Shown here in pieces: positions 6,883 to 9,758 of a stretch of 9,758 nt of DNA. Made by a program: the position numbers and the translations under genes. The stretch lies in the IMG/VR virus record IMGVR_UViG_2663762948_000006, positions 1 to 9,758 of that record. One strand, 5' to 3'. Source of the stretch: a virus (lineage: Duplodnaviria > Heunggongvirae > Uroviricota > Caudoviricetes). The notes below the pieces were generated by a model. It saw nothing but the letters and a program-made list of their open reading frames with translations. It was not told where the DNA came from and ran no database searches. Numbering within the stretch: position 1 is the stretch's first letter; each line of letters starts with the position of its first letter.

Positions 6883-8729
6883 GTCCACTCCATTACTGTT
6901 GAGAATCCCGGCCACTCATCAGCGACCGGATACGTGAATTTTTTCCCGTCATAATTTACAGTCGCGCCACGCGCCAGCGCCTCAAGCTCCCATCGCTGCG
7001 GCCTGATACCGTTCTGAGCAAGGTCAACGCGGATACGGGTGATTTGCATTCGTTCCGACCGGGTCAGTCTGGCAGATGGTGCAATTTCATGCGGTTTTAA
7101 CGGGCTTCCGTTTCTTTGCTGACGGTTTGGCGTTCTCATGTCGTATTTTAATGCGCCCCTGAGCGCCCTCACGACCTCCGGTTCATTCCATTCAATAACA
7201 CCGTCATCAACCAGATTAAGCACTGCTGCGGCGTGCTCAGAAGGTGTGGGAGCCGGTAACGAAGTATCACCACCGGTGAGCTTTCCACAGTTATTGACAG
7301 GACTCCGAGGCGCGGCGATGCCGCTTTTTAAAGTCAAAGGCTCAACGACCGGAACTTTCGGCACAATGCGCCAGTCCGTCGTTCTGGTGATATGAATATG
7401 ACGCGCGCCGAGATGCGGCGCGTAAATGCCGACCACTCTCTCGACTTCTTCCTCGTACTCGTTAACGTCATCCGACGGGCTACGGGCAACCCTGACAGTC
7501 TGACAATCGCGCGGGACATTTGCCCCACCCTGCGCGCTGATATACAACGCAAAATCACCACTGTCTGCGGCAGCGCGAGCAGCCTCGACGCGTTCGTCAA
7601 ACTCATCAGCAATACTGACGCCGCGAGGCAATTTGCGTAGTTCACGGTAAGCCCCCATTGTCGGCAGTCCAACCGTTTTAAATTGCGGGATGCGCCACGT
7701 TGACGCCCATGCGGTAACAGCCGCGGCAGTATCTTTAAGCGGCTTACCGGTATCGTTATCGAGCTGACCATCCAGTGCATAGCCGTCGATATTTTTTGAA
7801 ATGTATTTCGCGATATATCCCGCAGCACCGCCCCGGTTAAGGTGCTTTGCCTGAAAACGGTTTCGCGCGGCTCCTCTTTCGTCACCATCCTCTTTGAGCG
7901 CATAGCGACGCATGATTTCGATAATCTGGTTACGCTGGCGTGGATTACAAAAAAGCATCATATGCCAGTGCGGCGTTCCGTCGTGGTGTGGCTCGACGAC
8001 ACGCAAACCGTAGACCTGTAAATCATTATCCTTGAATGCCGTGCGCATCAGGCTCCAGATGCGGCAGAGATAACGCTGCGCATCCTTTGGATTAAATGCC
8101 TCATCGTTCCAGCCGTGATTAAGCTGAACGGTTTTACTTTCGCCTTTTCTGACCTGACGAGTCGGGTGATACTTTGACGGCGCGGTCAGCGTGATAAACA
8201 TCCCCACATCACCCTCTGCGGCGGCGTAACGCTCAATACCGGCAATGGTGTTCATCAGCTCCATCCGGCGAATTTCAGGATTAGAAATACTGCCCATCAC
8301 CTTACTGATAAGGTCGATGCGCTCGCCGGTTTCCCTGTTTTCAAGGTCACACGATTTAAGAAATTCCAGATTTGCCTGGCGGCGCGCACGCACATCACGA
8401 ATGGCGTGTTTACTGGCATACATCATGAAAAGCTGCGATGAGATACGGGCGGCAAACTTTTTCAGCTCCTTGTCATTCATTCCCGGCAGGCGCGCATAGT
8501 GGTCACGCTCTGCCAGAAACAGCAACGACGCGTCGGTGTTCATTTCATGGCGCTGATTCACACGCTCAATGCGCGGCCATAAACGACGCTGAAAAGTGGA
8601 TGTGAGAAAATAAAACCCGTGCACCGGGCTTTTATTACGCCGGATGTAGTCATAGCGTGAAGTAAACAGCGAGCGCAAAAAGTAAGGCAGGCGATTTATC
8701 GTGGATAACTCTATATAAAAATTACATTT
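6879..8729 (-). pseudogene. A: Rolling-circle replication initiator gpA, 5'-truncated (about 600-616 C-terminal codons of 761 retained)
   Basis: The translation contains the paired-tyrosine motif GYIAKYISK (Y288 and Y292 of the track ORF). P2 gpA is 761 aa with active-site tyrosines that I recall as Y450 and Y454; the offset of 162 plus 599 equals 761, so the C-terminus aligns exactly. The frame is closed by a stop at 8730-8732, the first start in frame is TTG (8676-8678) with no SD, and no B, cox or C genes lie upstream. Confidence 0.8.
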
Positions 8730-8755
8730 TCACCATTTGCCACCAAGATGGTGAA
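8729..8755. promoter_or_regulatory. Nested inverted repeat immediately upstream of int (possible operator or protein-binding site)
   Basis: TTCACCA (8729-8735) and TGGTGAA (8749-8755) are 7-bp inverted arms 13 bp apart; nested inside is CACCA-AGA-TGGTG (8741-8753). It lies 23 nt upstream of the int ATG within the A'/int junction region. Function is inferred only. Confidence 0.25.
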
Positions 8756-8777
8756 TACAGCGCCGGAGGGCTTTCTT

Positions 8778-9758
8778 ATGGCAATTAAGAAGCTCGATGA
8801 TGGTCGCTATGAAGTGGACATTAGACCTCGCGGTCGCGACGGAAAACGCATCCGCAGGAAATTTGAAAGAAAAGCTGAAGCACTAGCATTTGAGCGATAC
8901 ACAATCGCCAATGCCAGTCAGAAAGAATGGGGAGGCCAGCGAGCAGACCGCCGAACTTTGACAGAATTGCTCGACATCTGGTGGAAATACCACGGGCAAA
9001 ACCACGAGCATGGGACAAAAGAGTTTAATCATCTGCTCAAAACCATCAGCGGCATAGGTGATATACCAGTGAGTCGGATGAACAAAAGGGCTTTGATGGA
9101 TTATCGCTCCATGCGACTACGTGATGGCATCAGTGCTGCAACGATAAACCGCGACATGTACCGATTATCCGGCATGTTCACAAAATTAATTCAATTGGAT
9201 GAATTTTCCGGGCAACACCCAATTCACGGACTGCCGCCACTGACGGAGGCTAACCCTGAAATGACGTTCCTGGAAAAAGCAGAAATCGAAAAACTGCTAA
9301 ATGTTTTGACTGGTGATGACTTACTTGTCGCGCTTTTATGTCTGAGCACTGGAGGAAGGTGGACGGAAGTTGCCACGCTAAAACCAGCACAGATTACAAG
9401 TTGCAGGGTTACCTTCCTGAAAACCAAAAACGGTAAAAAGCGAACAGTGCCGATTTCTGAGGAACTGGAGAAAAAAGTTAAAGAGGAGGCCAGCGCCAAA
9501 TTGTTCAAGGTAGATTATGAGAAGTTTTGCGGGATTTTACGCAGAGTGAAACCTGATATACCTCCCAATCAGGCAACCCACATTCTGCGGCATACATTCG
9601 CAAGCCATTTCATGATGAATGGGGGCAACATAATTGCACTGCAACAGATTCTGGGGCATGCGAGCATTCAGCAGACAATGACCTATGCGCACCTTGCGCC
9701 TGACTACCTGCAGAACGCCGTCGCTCTGAATCCACTAAAAGGCGGAGTGACGTTATAA
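8778..9758 (+). CDS. int: Tyrosine recombinase, P2-type integrase (326 aa from ATG 8778; alternative start ATG 8748 gives 336 aa)
   Basis: N-terminus MAIKKLDDGRYEVDIRP... matches my recollection of P2-family Int. The C-terminal catalytic region carries the tyrosine-recombinase signature (HILRHTFASHFMMNGG...LGHASIQQTMTYAHL). GGAGGG lies 8 nt upstream of ATG 8778; the upstream ATG at 8748 has no SD. Confidence 0.9.
   Translation: MAIKKLDDGRYEVDIRPRGRDGKRIRRKFERKAEALAFERYTIANASQKEWGGQRADRRTLTELLDIWWKYHGQNHEHGTKEFNHLLKTISGIGDIPVSRMNKRALMDYRSMRLRDGISAATINRDMYRLSGMFTKLIQLDEFSGQHPIHGLPPLTEANPEMTFLEKAEIEKLLNVLTGDDLLVALLCLSTGGRWTEVATLKPAQITSCRVTFLKTKNGKKRTVPISEELEKKVKEEASAKLFKVDYEKFCGILRRVKPDIPPNQATHILRHTFASHFMMNGGNIIALQQILGHASIQQTMTYAHLAPDYLQNAVALNPLKGGVTL

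Noticed and set aside
6393-6954. ORFs 6393..6602(-) and 6754..6954(+) overlapping the DUF3850-like gene and the A 3' end
   Set aside because: Alternative-frame or antisense overlaps with better-supported genes.
7138-8499. ORFs 7138..7395(+), 7334..7903(-), 7392..7640(+) and 8245..8499(+) inside A'
   Set aside because: Alternative-frame or antisense ORFs within the gpA frame, which carries the recognisable YxxxY active-site motif.
8821-9508. Minus-strand ORFs 8821..9018 and 9224..9508 inside int
   Set aside because: Antisense to a clearly recognisable tyrosine recombinase gene.
1-9758. Searched for CRISPR arrays, tRNA/rRNA genes and IS/transposase genes
   Set aside because: I saw no regularly spaced direct repeats, no tRNA-like cloverleaf region and no transposase-like ORF; the deletions are more simply explained as plain deletions than as IS insertions.

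Overview
This window is a compact (~9.8 kb) derivative of a P2-type temperate phage of enterobacteria, running exactly from the stop codon of ogr (pos 1) to the stop codon of int (pos 9758). All identifications rest on my recognition of P2 protein sequences, lengths and gene order; no database search was run. Gene order in window orientation: ogr(-), D(-), U(-), T'(-, 3' remnant) | P'(+, 3' remnant), Q(+), Q terminator, cos, AT-rich cargo ORF of 298 aa(-), orf67(-), DUF3850-like/HExxH ORF(-), A'(-, 5'-truncated), int(+). Compared with P2, two internal deletions are inferred. One fuses the 3' part of the tape-measure gene T to the 3' part of terminase gene P near 2716-2746, removing the capsid, lysis and most tail genes and all Ogr-dependent late promoters. 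The other removes C, cox, B and about 145-162 codons of the 5' end of A, leaving int next to A' near 8700-8747. The element keeps an intact cos, portal Q, tail genes D and U, ogr, int, and the catalytic part of A. The one clearly foreign gene is the low-GC 298-aa ORF (5001-5897) sitting where P2 carries tin/old, a recognised hotspot for anti-phage genes. It has no motif I can recognise and is the best candidate for an undescribed defence or accessory function. No rRNA, tRNA or CRISPR array was seen.
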